Assembly: GCA_963717525.1 (NCBI GenBank)
Contig: OY970343.1
Span: 1,664,001-1,728,000 of the forward strand
Length of the DNA: 64,000 nucleotides
Direction: 5' to 3'
DNA from: an uncultured Methanoregulaceae archaeon
Lineage (GTDB): Archaea; Halobacteriota; Methanomicrobia; Methanomicrobiales; Methanospirillaceae
The first letter of the stretch is position 1. Every line of letters starts with the position of its first letter. Both the position numbers and the translations under genes were made by a program. This document shows positions 1 through 9,750 of the stretch, piece after piece. The notes under the pieces are model-generated. The model was not told the DNA's origin. It saw only the letters and a list, made by a program, of their open reading frames with translations, and ran no database searches.

Positions 1-177
1 GCTGCTCCGTTAACAGGACGCAACGAAAAAGACTCCGCCGGTATCAACACCAGTTAACGGGTTCCGGAATGCACCAGAACCCTTTTAAAAAACTCTTCAT
101 CGGATCCGGCCAGGCATTCACCCGCCCGGCACGACCCGTATGAGGTTCTCCCGGGAGTGCACCCGTTGAAAAAAGTT

Positions 178-813
178 TCAGGAGGAGCCGCCATTCCCGC
201 GGTCATCGCGGATCTGCTGCCGGTTGTCCCGGATCTGTTCGCGGTCGGCACCATTGTCCTGCCGGAGCGAGGTGTCCTGCTGCTGGTTCGCGTTGATCTG
301 GGACCAGTCCTGCTGGCTGGCGTTTCTCTCATCCTGTATGTCCTGGTGCGTTGCGGCATTACCCTGCCAGTCCTGGTGGATGTCGGCCCGGTCTGCTGCA
401 ATCTGCTGCTCTTCGGCAGTCTGGTTGCCGGTGTCGTTTCTTATGTCCTGCCGGTCGGTGTGGATATCCTCGCGGTACCCGATGTCTGCGGACCGGTTTG
501 CAAGATCGGATTGCTGGTCTGAGCGGACGGTGGCACGGTTCCCGAGGATATCCTGGAAGATGTTGAGGCTGTCCCACCAGTTCTGGTGGATATCCTGGTC
601 GTTTGCGTGGATGTCCTGCGTGAGGTTCCGGTCATCGTGGCGCAGGCCGAATATGCCTTCAATCGAGCCGAGCGGGTCAAAAGCCGGCGGAGTGGCGATG
701 GTCACGGTGGGCGTTACATTTACCTGCGAGGCGTCATCTGCACTCGCGGGGAGCACCAGCGCGATGAGGAGCACGGCGCAGATGCAGGGGATGGCAAGCA
801 TTCTGAGGTTCAT
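178..813 (-). CDS. Secreted low-complexity Q/D/R/N-rich repeat (coiled-coil-like) protein
   Basis: Signal peptide (..ALVLPASA), Pro/Thr linker, recurring DIH.D.QDI-like units. Confidence 0.7.
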   Translation of the reverse strand: MNLRMLAIPCICAVLLIALVLPASADDASQVNVTPTVTIATPPAFDPLGSIEGIFGLRHDDRNLTQDIHANDQDIHQNWWDSLNIFQDILGNRATVRSDQQSDLANRSADIGYREDIHTDRQDIRNDTGNQTAEEQQIAADRADIHQDWQGNAATHQDIQDERNASQQDWSQINANQQQDTSLRQDNGADREQIRDNRQQIRDDRGNGGSS

Positions 814-1131
814 GGTGTTTTCTCTCCTGATGAGTGGGGCCCGGTTTGGGGCTTCGCAATCAGTCGTTTTCCTGAATGTAATATATATTTGACAAATAGC
901 CGGGGTGCTTCTCCAGAACCCGCGGGTTAGAAGAGTGATGGTAAAAGGTGGGAGGGAGAACTGGTGCGGATTTTTCCATCAGGTGTTCCGGGGCATCACT
1001 GGGAAAAAGGGAAGGCCGGGCCTCGCGGCATTACCGGTCATATCCGGAAGATACCTGAGAGCCCGGCATCCGGGATCTCCGGTGCGGTATGACCCTGATC
1101 AGGACCAGAGAGCCGGCCCGTCACCCGGCCA

Positions 1132-1374
1132 TCACGCCCGCAGCGTCCACCGCACGGTGATCGCGTGTGCGGGGCAGAAATCGTTGCACAAAAAACACAT
1201 GCAGCAGAGCTGGCTCTTCTCCGGGTACACACCGTCCCCTTTGATCGACACAAAGACGCCCATCGAGCAGAGGTCTACGCACCGGTGTTTTGCATGGCAA
1301 TGGCGGGACCGGCTGCAGAGGTCCGGATCGACGTACACCTCAGTCCCTACCGTTGTTGCGGGTCCGACTTCCAC
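1132..1374 (-). CDS. 4Fe-4S dicluster ferredoxin-like protein
   Basis: C..(HCHAKHR)CVDLC and CCMCFLCNDFCP motifs; start uncertain. Confidence 0.75.
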   Translation of the reverse strand: MEVGPATTVGTEVYVDPDLCSRSRHCHAKHRCVDLCSMGVFVSIKGDGVYPEKSQLCCMCFLCNDFCPAHAITVRWTLRA

Positions 1375-1543
1375 GAAAGAGCACCTGTTACCCGGGCCCG
1401 GCGGGAGACCGCACCCGGCTTTCTTTCTGAATTATTCGGTTATTTATTATAAATACTGATATTATCCGTACCTGCCGCACGAGACCTGCCGGGAGTACAC
1501 GGTGCCAAAAAAGGAGAGTTTGAGAGGGGCCTTCGCAGCCGCC

Positions 1544-2431
1544 TTAGGGGTGTGCCGGGCGCCTGCCCTTCCAGAACCGGTAGCCGGCATACGCCACGCC
1601 GGCGATGATGAGAAGCGGGATGATGCTGATCACGAACACGATGATCGCGTCAATAATACCAAAGAAGCCAGCGATGCCCTCGTTGATGGCGGTCACGAAG
1701 TCATGGCCCTGCGTGCCCCCGACCGGTGCCGGTTCCTGCAGGGTGACCGTGATGGTCGCGTAGTCGATCTGGCTGTTGAGGTACTTCATCTGGCCGGTGA
1801 CCCGGTCGAGGTTGGTCTGCACGGTATCGATCTGCTGCTGGATGGCAAGGACGTCCTCGACCTTGGTGGCGTTCTTCATGATCAGGTTGTACTGGGCGAT
1901 CTGGTTCTGGTACGCGGTGATCTGTGCCTGGACATCGACGTACTCCGCGGTCACGTCCTGGCCCTGCGTGGAGAGGCTGGTCACCTTCCCGATGGCCTGC
2001 ACACCCGAGAGTGCGCTGTCGAACTGGGCCGCGGGGAGCCGGAGGACCACGGTCCCGTATGGCTGGCTGGTATAGTCAGTCCCGATATTCGTGGTCGATA
2101 CGTATCCCCCGGCACTGGTGCCGATCGCTTCGACCGCCGCTGCAGCGCTGGTGACATTGCTTACTTCAAGCGTGAGGTCAGCGGTTTTGATGATCTTCGT
2201 CTCAACGCCCTGGCCCGGCATTCCTCCTGAGGTGGGGACGGGGACCGGCGGGGAGATCGGGCCGGATGCGATAAGTGCCTGGTCTGAACTGTAACCGGTA
2301 GAGGCTCCCCCGCTTTCGGCGGGTAACGGGGCGATCGCGGATTTTGCGGTGCTGCCCTGGAGGCTGGTGCACCCGGCGGCTGCCACGGCCGCGATGCACA
2401 CGATGAGGATGAGAATGGACCTGTACTGCAT
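1544..2431 (-). CDS. DUF4349-domain membrane-anchored lipoprotein
   Basis: Lipobox-like AAAGC; KIIKTADLTLEV...QDVTAEYVDVQA...YATITVTL and C-terminal TM typical of DUF4349. Confidence 0.85.
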   Translation of the reverse strand: MQYRSILILIVCIAAVAAAGCTSLQGSTAKSAIAPLPAESGGASTGYSSDQALIASGPISPPVPVPTSGGMPGQGVETKIIKTADLTLEVSNVTSAAAAVEAIGTSAGGYVSTTNIGTDYTSQPYGTVVLRLPAAQFDSALSGVQAIGKVTSLSTQGQDVTAEYVDVQAQITAYQNQIAQYNLIMKNATKVEDVLAIQQQIDTVQTNLDRVTGQMKYLNSQIDYATITVTLQEPAPVGGTQGHDFVTAINEGIAGFFGIIDAIIVFVISIIPLLIIAGVAYAGYRFWKGRRPAHP

Positions 2432-2606
2432 ACCAGCCTATCTGGCTCGCGGAATATAAATATCCGACGATAACTGCGAATATTCCCGTAGTTATCCCGG
2501 GGTTTTTGGCGATCCGGGGGATTTTGCAGGAAATTACCGGCACAATCAAAAGGGAGCCGGCCGGCCCGGCGCCGGATGGTGCCCCTGTTCCCGGGTATCG
2601 ATAGTA

Positions 2607-4090
2607 TTATTTCCGGAACAGCCCCGGGTTCTGGCGCCGGATCCACCATCTTCGCAGGAGTACGGCGAGGATAATGATGATGACGATGAGGATGAGCCAG
2701 GCCAGGTATTCCTGGATCAGCTGTACGATCCTGTCGAGGATTGTCGGTGATGGGACCGGAAGTGGCGGGATCACGGCAGGTGTTCCTGCCGGGGTTTCAA
2801 CCGGGGTAACCTGGATGGTTTTGGTTGGGCCGGGCCGACACCCAGCGGAGCGGGTTGTTGTCCCTGGTACCCGACTCCCTCATTACTGCCCGGTTGCACC
2901 CAGTAATCTGTACGGCCGCCTCCGCCGCCGTTGCCAGGTGATGCCGTTGCAGTTACCTGGACATTTACCGATACATTATAGCCATCAACCGAAGCATTGA
3001 CGAGGGCGGTCCCGGCAGACCGGCGATGAAAATGGTGTGGCTGCCTGGTGGCCTGTGGTCAGGACCTGCGGCAACGATATCGCTGCTCCCGCCGGCCCGG
3101 ACCCGATGGAAAAGATGACCGGTATGCCGTCCGGGAGGATGTTCCCGGCCACCAGTGCGCCGGTACTATCGTAACTGAGGTTTGCCTGGATGCTGCTCGC
3201 CTGGGACGTTGAGATCCCTGCCGGCATGGCGGTAATGCCGAGGACCAGGTACGGGTACTGGTATAACGTTCCCCCGCCTATGTGTTGTGCCAGGGAAGCT
3301 GCCGGGGAGTTTGTCCCCCACCAGTTATCCGGGGCATAGATGTCCCCGCCATTTGTATGGAGGATATCACCCGCACCGGAGGTGGTACTTCCAAACCGGC
3401 AGAAGGTTGCATTCACCTGGTTTGATGCATAGACGGCGCCCCCGTTCGTGGTCCCGTGACAGTTGACGAAGGATGACGAACTGACCGCGATAATACCGGG
3501 GGTGCTATGTACAGGGCGCCACCTTCAAGTGCGGAGCACGAGGTGAAATTCGAGCCGGTGACCGTCAGGAGCAGGCCATACGAGTGAACGGAGACAGCGC
3601 CTCCGCCATTTTTGCCCGGTGCCGTGTCGTTCATAAAATCTGACGAGATGACGCTTGTGTTGGCATAGGAGTGTATCGCGCCTCCGCCATCCGAGCTTGA
3701 TGAATACCCGTTCCGGAACGTCAGGTCCCTGACGGTAATATTCGTGATCTGCGCACCGGTAGACGAAGTGTTATAGAGTATACCCTCTGCGGTTGGTCCT
3801 GGACTGTTTATCCCGTCAAGAATGGTATTCCGGGTCGTGGCCCCGGTCGACTGGTTTGACTGGAAAGTGAGGTTGTTACTGAGGACCACTATGTTATAGT
3901 AAAAGTACGTCCCGCTGGCAAACGTGATCGTATCGCCATCAGAGGTTGTATTCAGGAAATTCTGGAATGCCGAAGGGGTGGCATAGGTAGAATTATCGAT
4001 CGGGTAATTCTTTCCCGCTACCGGTCCGGCACCCATGGACAAGAAGATAACCGCGATCAAAACTGCTGCATACCACTGACGGAAATTCAT
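2607..4090 (-). CDS. Cell-surface beta-helix (GGAI-repeat) protein with C-terminal membrane anchor, frameshifted
   Basis: ORFs 3413-4090 and 2985-3416 continue one protein (signal peptide, GGAIH/GGAVS/GGALY repeats, DNWWG); hand-translated 3' end reads ...LAWLILIVIIIILAVLLRRWWIRRQNPGLFRK-stop. Confidence 0.7.
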
Positions 4091-4334
4091 TTTTTCTTTT
4101 CACACCCGGTAAAACTGGCTAAAATAATCGGACCCTGCACAGGAAGGTACTACCAGATGGTAAGATGGGATCCCTATATATGAATGCCGAGATCACGCCC
4201 CGGGCCAGCCGGGCGGGATGGACGATCTTTCTTCCTGATTTCCGGAGACGAGGTATTCCCTCCGCGATCCGCCGGCAATTGAGGAACCTTAAAGTGAAAT
4301 CCACGATCATACTGGTGTGTTCGAGGTCCGGTCC

Positions 4335-4715
4335 ATGGAGCCTTCCCTGAAATGCCCGTTCTGCAACCCGCTGGCGGAAGATATTGTCGCACGAAACGAT
4401 CTCTGCTACGCCCTCTGGGACCGGTTCCCGGTGAGCAGGGGACACCTGCTCGTGATCCCGTTCCGGCATGTGCCGGACTACTTCTCGCTGACCGGTGAGG
4501 AGAAACAGGCGCTGCTTGCGCTGGTGGATGCGGGCAGGGGTATCATCGAGGAAAATTTCCAACCAGCCGGCTACAACATCGGCCTCAACGTGGGATCCGC
4601 GGCCGGGCAGACCGTGATGCACTGCCACTGCCACGTGATCCCCCGGTATGCCGGGGATGCCCGGGACCCGAGAGGTGGGGTGCGGTGGGTTGTGCCAAGG
4701 AAGAGCAGGTACTAA
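4335..4715 (+). CDS. HIT family hydrolase
   Basis: CPFC, FPVSRGHLLVIP, AGQTVMHCHCHVIPR histidine triad. Confidence 0.9.
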   Translation: MEPSLKCPFCNPLAEDIVARNDLCYALWDRFPVSRGHLLVIPFRHVPDYFSLTGEEKQALLALVDAGRGIIEENFQPAGYNIGLNVGSAAGQTVMHCHCHVIPRYAGDARDPRGGVRWVVPRKSRY

Positions 4716-4766
4716 GAAGGCTGTGGGTGTCCTTTTTTATAACTTCAACCACTATCATTTCATGAT

Positions 4767-5066
4767 ATGACCCAGCCGGATATTTACCAGATGGTCCAGT
4801 CTAAAAAGGAGGAGATCTCCCGCCTTGCAGAAAAGTATGGCGCTTCCCATATCCGGATCTTTGGATCAGTGGCCCGCCACGCGGCTGATGAAAAAAGCGA
4901 TATCGATTTTCTTGTCGAACTGGAACCCGGGAGGACCCTCTTCGATCTGGGCGGACTGGCGTATGATCTCGAAAAACTCCTGGGCCGACCGGTGGATGTC
5001 TGTACCCTGCCCCTGCTGAGGGAACAGATCAGGACAAGAGTTGTTCTTGAAGCGGTTCCCCTATGA
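4767..5066 (+). CDS. MNT (minimal nucleotidyltransferase) antitoxin
   Basis: FGSVAR...SDIDFL motif; overlaps downstream HEPN gene. Confidence 0.9.
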   Translation: MTQPDIYQMVQSKKEEISRLAEKYGASHIRIFGSVARHAADEKSDIDFLVELEPGRTLFDLGGLAYDLEKLLGRPVDVCTLPLLREQIRTRVVLEAVPL

Positions 5067-5407
5067 GAGATGACAGGCTGCGGCTGATGGATATGGCAGA
5101 GTCCATCAGGAAAATCGAGAAATATACGTCATCAGGAAAACAGGGATTCGTACGTGACGAGCTCGTCCAGGTCTGGGTTGTTTATTATCTCCAGGTTCTT
5201 GGGGAAGCCGCCCGTGGGATCTCGGAAGAATCCCAGGGAAAATATTCCCTGATCCCCTGGGGCAGGATCATTGGATTCAGGAATATTCTCGTCCATCACT
5301 ATTTTGCGATTAATCCTGATGAGATCTGGGCGGTCGTCGAAGTGAATATCCCTCCTCTCAAACAGGCACTGGAACAGATCCTGGCACATTATCCGGCTGA
5401 CGAGTGA
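5063..5407 (+). CDS. HEPN/DUF86 ribonuclease toxin (HepT-like)
   Basis: RNILVHHY Rx4H motif; paired with MNT. Confidence 0.9.
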   Translation: MRDDRLRLMDMAESIRKIEKYTSSGKQGFVRDELVQVWVVYYLQVLGEAARGISEESQGKYSLIPWGRIIGFRNILVHHYFAINPDEIWAVVEVNIPPLKQALEQILAHYPADE

Positions 5408-5450
5408 TATTGAAAGGGTACAGGAAAGCGTCAGGAGGCTGCACAACCCC

Positions 5451-5972
5451 ATGAAAAACATCATTCTGATCGGCATGCCCGGCGCAGGGAAGAGCACCGT
5501 GGGCGTCATCCTTGCAAAGACGCTGGGGATGACCTTTGTCGATACCGATATCGCGATCCAGGAACGTGCCGGGCGGCTCCTGCAGGAGATCATCGATACG
5601 GAGGGGCCGGACGCGTTCCTGAAAACCGAGGAGGAGACCATCCAGTCTCTCCATTGCCGCAATTGTGTCATCGCCACCGGGGGCAGCGTGGTTTTTTCGA
5701 GAAAAGCGATGAACTCCCTGAAAAAGGAGGGTGTGGTTGTGTACCTGAAGATCTCCTGCGACGAGATGGTACGGAGACTCAGTAACATCACGACCCGGGG
5801 CATTGTGCTGTTTTCCGGCGAGAGTCTTTTTGATATGTATCACGAGAGGGTCCCGCTGTACGAGAGGTATGCCGATATCACGGTCGATTGCGAAGATGAG
5901 GACTTCGAGGAAGTTGTGGGGAAGGTGATCGGGGAGCTGAAGAGGGAGAACAGGGGCGGAACCAAAAAGTGA
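5451..5972 (+). CDS. aroK: Shikimate kinase (bacterial AroK type)
   Basis: IGMPGAGKST P-loop, FVDTD, VIATGGS, ERVPLYERYAD. Confidence 0.85.
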   Translation: MKNIILIGMPGAGKSTVGVILAKTLGMTFVDTDIAIQERAGRLLQEIIDTEGPDAFLKTEEETIQSLHCRNCVIATGGSVVFSRKAMNSLKKEGVVVYLKISCDEMVRRLSNITTRGIVLFSGESLFDMYHERVPLYERYADITVDCEDEDFEEVVGKVIGELKRENRGGTKK

Positions 5973-5983
5973 AACAAAAAAAA

Positions 5984-6227
5984 CTATTTGAGCGGGATCA
6001 AAACGTCAAGCAATGCCTTAATGTCAATCCCTGCCTGTTTCAGAATTGCTTTCAATGTTCCCCGGTCAATCTCGTGATGATCGGGAACAACAATAGTCCG
6101 GGTGTCATCGGCACTCTTCAGGATGACATGGCTTCCTTTCTGGTGATCAATGTAAAAGCCGAGCCGGAGCAGTGCATTGATTAGTTTCCTTCGCCGGGAG
6201 GAGCGGGAACTTTTTTGTCCGGGTCAT
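5984..6227 (-). CDS. hicA: HicA toxin, frameshifted (absent from ORF track)
   Basis: Removing one base at ~6186 gives [37 protein letters not shown]...VPDHHEIDRGTLKAILKQAGI; ATGA overlap with hicB stop. Confidence 0.85.
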
Positions 6228-6448
6228 ACTTCGACGGCGATTTCCCGGATACTGACCCGGCGCTGGTCGGGTACTTTTCTCTGGTGTTTGATGAGCGATT
6301 CGAGGTATCCTTCGATTGCTTCCTTTGCGTTCGCTTCTGCTTCCGCGACCGTTTTTCCCTGCGTGATACAGCCGGGCAGGGCCGGGACGGTTACCACGTA
6401 CCATCCATCTTCGCCGGGTTCAATGACAATATTATATTTTTTCTGCAT
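6224..6448 (-). CDS. hicB: HicB antitoxin
   Basis: YVVTVPALPGCITQGKTVAEAEANAKEAIEGYL. Confidence 0.9.
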   Translation of the reverse strand: MQKKYNIVIEPGEDGWYVVTVPALPGCITQGKTVAEAEANAKEAIEGYLESLIKHQRKVPDQRRVSIREIAVEV

Positions 6449-6753
6449 GGCGCCTGACCCCTTCACCTTTTATAGGGACTTCGCAGGTATTAAAGATTGA
6501 TTTGGGGGGCTTGTTCCCGGGTACTAGAACCGGGGAGTGAGCGGCGGGCCCGGGAAATTCTGCGGAGGGGATGCCGGTTCCTCGCTTGCGGGCTGTCTCA
6601 GGGAGGATGAGAGATGCACCTGTGCGAAGGGACATGAGATGGTCCCGGCCGGCACCCGAAAGGAACATCCCGTGGGGGTACACGGGCATTTAATGTGTGG
6701 GGAGATCAACAAGAACTAAAAAAGACAAGATGGCAGTCATCCGGGAGGAATGT

Positions 6754-7203
6754 ATGACCGACACTACGCAGACAGATCTCATCAGAAGTTTTGTGGATTA
6801 CCTCATTTCGTCACAAAAGCTTGAGGTGTTCAACTATTCGATCTTCGTGAACAAGGAAAAGGATGCTTTTTTTGTCAATGCCGTACCCCATTTTCCCCTT
6901 GTCCGGTTAAAGATCGACAATGACAAAAATAAAAAGTCCATTGAGGTGGCGCTCAAAATTACCGAAACTGCAGCAGACAGGCCTGCGGATTCCCTCGACC
7001 GGGTCTGTACCATGGGAGTCAGCGTTTCCATGGACAAAGACGGAAAACTCCGGGTCCATACGGACCTGGCACAGGACGCCGTCTTCGCACAATTGCCGGC
7101 CCCGGTCACGGATGCGATAAAGAAGATCTATGCCGACCTTGAGAAGGGCAATGCAGCGCTCCAGAGCCAGCTCCAGGCATGGTACAATGAACATGCCCGG
7201 TGA
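6754..7203 (+). CDS. Hypothetical protein
   Basis: GGAGG-like RBS, plausible composition, T-run downstream. Confidence 0.65.
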   Translation: MTDTTQTDLIRSFVDYLISSQKLEVFNYSIFVNKEKDAFFVNAVPHFPLVRLKIDNDKNKKSIEVALKITETAADRPADSLDRVCTMGVSVSMDKDGKLRVHTDLAQDAVFAQLPAPVTDAIKKIYADLEKGNAALQSQLQAWYNEHAR

Positions 7204-7238
7204 ACCGGCACACCGTGCGTTTTTTTGGGCAGCACCTG

Positions 7239-7358
7239 CCTCAAGGGGATAGCCGGGATGAGGCGCTGAAACATAGTGAAGAGGCAATAACCGGGTATAT
7301 CGAAACCCTCCGGATCCTCAAAAAACCGGTACCGGTTCAGAGAATACTTCGTGGATAA
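7239..7358 (+). pseudogene. 3' remnant of a second hicB
   Basis: Translates QGDSRDEALKHSEEAITGYIETLRILKKPVP; no start or N-terminal half. Confidence 0.7.
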
Positions 7359-7404
7359 CCCTTTTTAGGAATGCAGCGGGTCGATCGGCCAGAACTAAAA
7401 AAAA

Positions 7405-7725
7405 TTACCAGTTTTCCACTTCTTTGATTTCAGACTCGTCGGAGAGAAATGCAAAAAATCCGTCTGCGGCATCTTCCAGGGCTTCTTCTTTTGTATTTCG
7501 CGGACGCATGCTCCGGTAATAATCAGCACAGCCTTTGCCTTTCACCATCAGGTTTGCAACGCCGATATAGCTCTCCCCGCCTGCATTCAGGATCTGTTGT
7601 ACCTTGATTTTCAGGGGGCTGTATTTCATGTCCTCTATGTCACATTCAAAAACCCCGACAACTTCCCTGATCTCGCTGATCTTCGTGTGCTTCCGTTGTA
7701 AATCGGTTTCTGTCACTACTATCAC
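7405..7725 (-). CDS. Hypothetical protein
   Basis: Acidic globular ORF; start approximate. Confidence 0.6.
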   Translation of the reverse strand: MIVVTETDLQRKHTKISEIREVVGVFECDIEDMKYSPLKIKVQQILNAGGESYIGVANLMVKGKGCADYYRSMRPRNTKEEALEDAADGFFAFLSDESEIKEVENW

Positions 7726-7887
7726 CACTTGGGACTCTCTTCTTTTTGAAGTATAGATGCTTTCTTTTGGCTCGTTCCGTGTTATGCACCTGACGCTGTT
7801 TTTTGGTACGGCCACGGTCCGGAGGGGGAACGCCCAGGCAGGGCTCATCGCCCGGTTCCGGGAAATCCCGGCGACGCACCAGGACCG

Positions 7888-8389
7888 TTAATTCATCTTC
7901 TCTTTCCTTTTCACCAGCACTGACCTGACTGCTTCAGGATGTCCTTTGGGAGAAACCTTTCGCCAGACATCGGTAATCAATCCGTCCGGGCTGATCAGGA
8001 ATGTGTCCCGTGACGTACCCAGCATCTCTTTCCCGAACAGCGTCATTGGTTTCCAGGAGTCATACGCGGTGAGTACCCGTATGATCGGGGTCGCTCAGGA
8101 GAAGGATAGCGAGACTGTATTTCTCGGCAAACTTCTGGTGGCTTTCCTGCGAATCCGTGCTTACACCGATGACCTGTGCCCCAAGATCGACGAATTTCTC
8201 CAGTGCCGCATTGAACTGCATCGCTTCGATCGTACACCCGGGGGTGTTGTCTCGTGGATAAAAATACAGGACCACCCATTTTCCCCGGAAGGTATTCAGG
8301 CAGAACGACGTTCCCTGTGCATCCGGAAGACAGAAATCCGGTGTCGGTTTCCCGACAAAGGGGTCTAGTTGTAATTCAGGCATACCCAT
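7888..8389 (-). CDS. bcp: Peroxiredoxin, BCP/PrxQ type, frameshifted near 8075
   Basis: VVLYFYPRDNTPGCTIEA; second frame continues ...RDTFLISPDGLITDVWRKVSPKGH. Confidence 0.85.
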
Positions 8390-8549
8390 CAAAAGCATGA
8401 TTGTTACCCTGATTATTAAACATGCGTTTGCTGCGTACAGGGCTCCAAAAAAGAGAACGGAATTTTTTAAGGTGTGCAGCTGCGGGGAGTGACCCGCATA
8501 CGGATGGATTTATCCTCTGTCTCGTGTATAATGCCTGTGAGGACACACG

Positions 8550-8987
8550 ATGTCTGGCAGGGTAGATCCATTCCATAATGCCCGGTTCCTCGTGGAGATC
8601 GACGGGATCACACGGGCCGGGTTCCACGAGGTCCAGTTCGGGAGTGCGGTTACGGAGGTCATCGAGTACCGGGAAGGAAACGATCCCCCGGTCATGCGGC
8701 AATTAAACGGCCTGACGCAGTTCCGCCCGATCCGGCTGATCTGGGGCATGACCGGTGCCACCGAACTCTATGGCTGGTACAAGGCTTGCAGCACCTCCGG
8801 GCCGGCGGGGCTGCGCAAAAACATGGCCATCATCCTGCTTGACGATAACGGCAACCCGGAGGCGCGGTGGAATGTCGTCAATGCCTGGCCCTGCCGGTAC
8901 ATCCCGCCGGACCTGACTGCACGGGAATGCCGGGTCGCGATCGAGATGCTGGAGATTGTCCATGAGGGGTTTACCCGGGACCTCTGA
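8550..8987 (+). CDS. Phage tail tube protein (T4 gp19-like, Afp1/Afp5 type)
   Basis: DPF.NARFLVEIDG..RAGF.EV, EYREG, WPCRY..PDL, VAIEMLEIVHEG. Confidence 0.9.
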   Translation: MSGRVDPFHNARFLVEIDGITRAGFHEVQFGSAVTEVIEYREGNDPPVMRQLNGLTQFRPIRLIWGMTGATELYGWYKACSTSGPAGLRKNMAIILLDDNGNPEARWNVVNAWPCRYIPPDLTARECRVAIEMLEIVHEGFTRDL

Positions 8988-9026
8988 CCGGCCGTTTCCG
9001 GTGAGACGAACGGAGGGCTGAAGAGT

Positions 9027-9461
9027 ATGCCTACTGCACAGCGACAGGACCCCCTGCCGGCATTCCGGTTCCGGGTCGAGAAGGAGGGGCTTCCCATCCG
9101 GCAGGTGACCGGTGTCACGGGTCTTGTGCTAGAGAGCGGGTTGTCCTTTCCCGCCACGCCCGGCACGGTCCCTCCCTCAAACCCGAACATTGTCCTGCAG
9201 CGGGGGGTCACGGACGGCACCGAGTTCTGGGACTGGGTGCAGATGACCCGGAAGGACTATTCCCTCCGGTACGATATCCGCATCGTTCTCATGGACGCAG
9301 ACGGGAACGATGTCATTGTCTGGCATGTGGTCAAGGCCTACCCGGTCCGGTGGAGCGGGCCGGACCTTTTCGCGGACACCAATGCCGTGGCGTTCGAAAC
9401 CCTCGAACTCGGGTATGACCATATCGTCTGGGAGCTGCCGGACGGGACGCCGGGTGAGTGA
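9027..9461 (+). CDS. Second phage tail tube protein (gp19-like)
   Basis: DPLPAFRFRVE, NIVLQRGVT, FWDW, AYPVRWSGPDL, VAFETLELGYD. Confidence 0.85.
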   Translation: MPTAQRQDPLPAFRFRVEKEGLPIRQVTGVTGLVLESGLSFPATPGTVPPSNPNIVLQRGVTDGTEFWDWVQMTRKDYSLRYDIRIVLMDADGNDVIVWHVVKAYPVRWSGPDLFADTNAVAFETLELGYDHIVWELPDGTPGE

Positions 9462-9462
9462 G

Positions 9463-9519
9463 CCGGGGGATTTTTTGGAGGACGCTCAATCGCCGCGTGG
9501 GCTTGGTGCCCGGGGGTTA
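9463..9519 (+). repeat. Dispersed repeat family B, copy 1
   Basis: CCGGGGGATTTT..GAGGACGCTCAATCGCCGCGTGGGCTTGG...GGTT. Confidence 0.8.
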
Positions 9520-9611
9520 GCACATCGAAACAACGCTGACCCTTGACTGATATCTGTCTATTATGGAATCGTTAGATCTTTCAAATTTCAAAATGATCCG
9601 GGAGAAGCGCC

Positions 9612-9670
9612 CGGCCAGACCGTGATACACTGCCACGTGATCCCCCGGTATGCCGGGGATGTGCCGGATG
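9612..9670 (+). pseudogene. Fragment duplicating the HIT gene 3' part
   Basis: CACTGCCACGTGATCCCCCGGTATGCCGGGGATG also present at ~4626-4659. Confidence 0.75.
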
Positions 9671-9750
9671 CCGAGGAATCCGGGGGATTGTGCCACGGAA
9701 GAGGCGGGGTATCGAGAGGATCGCTCTTCTTGCTCGTGCCCCGGCACCGG

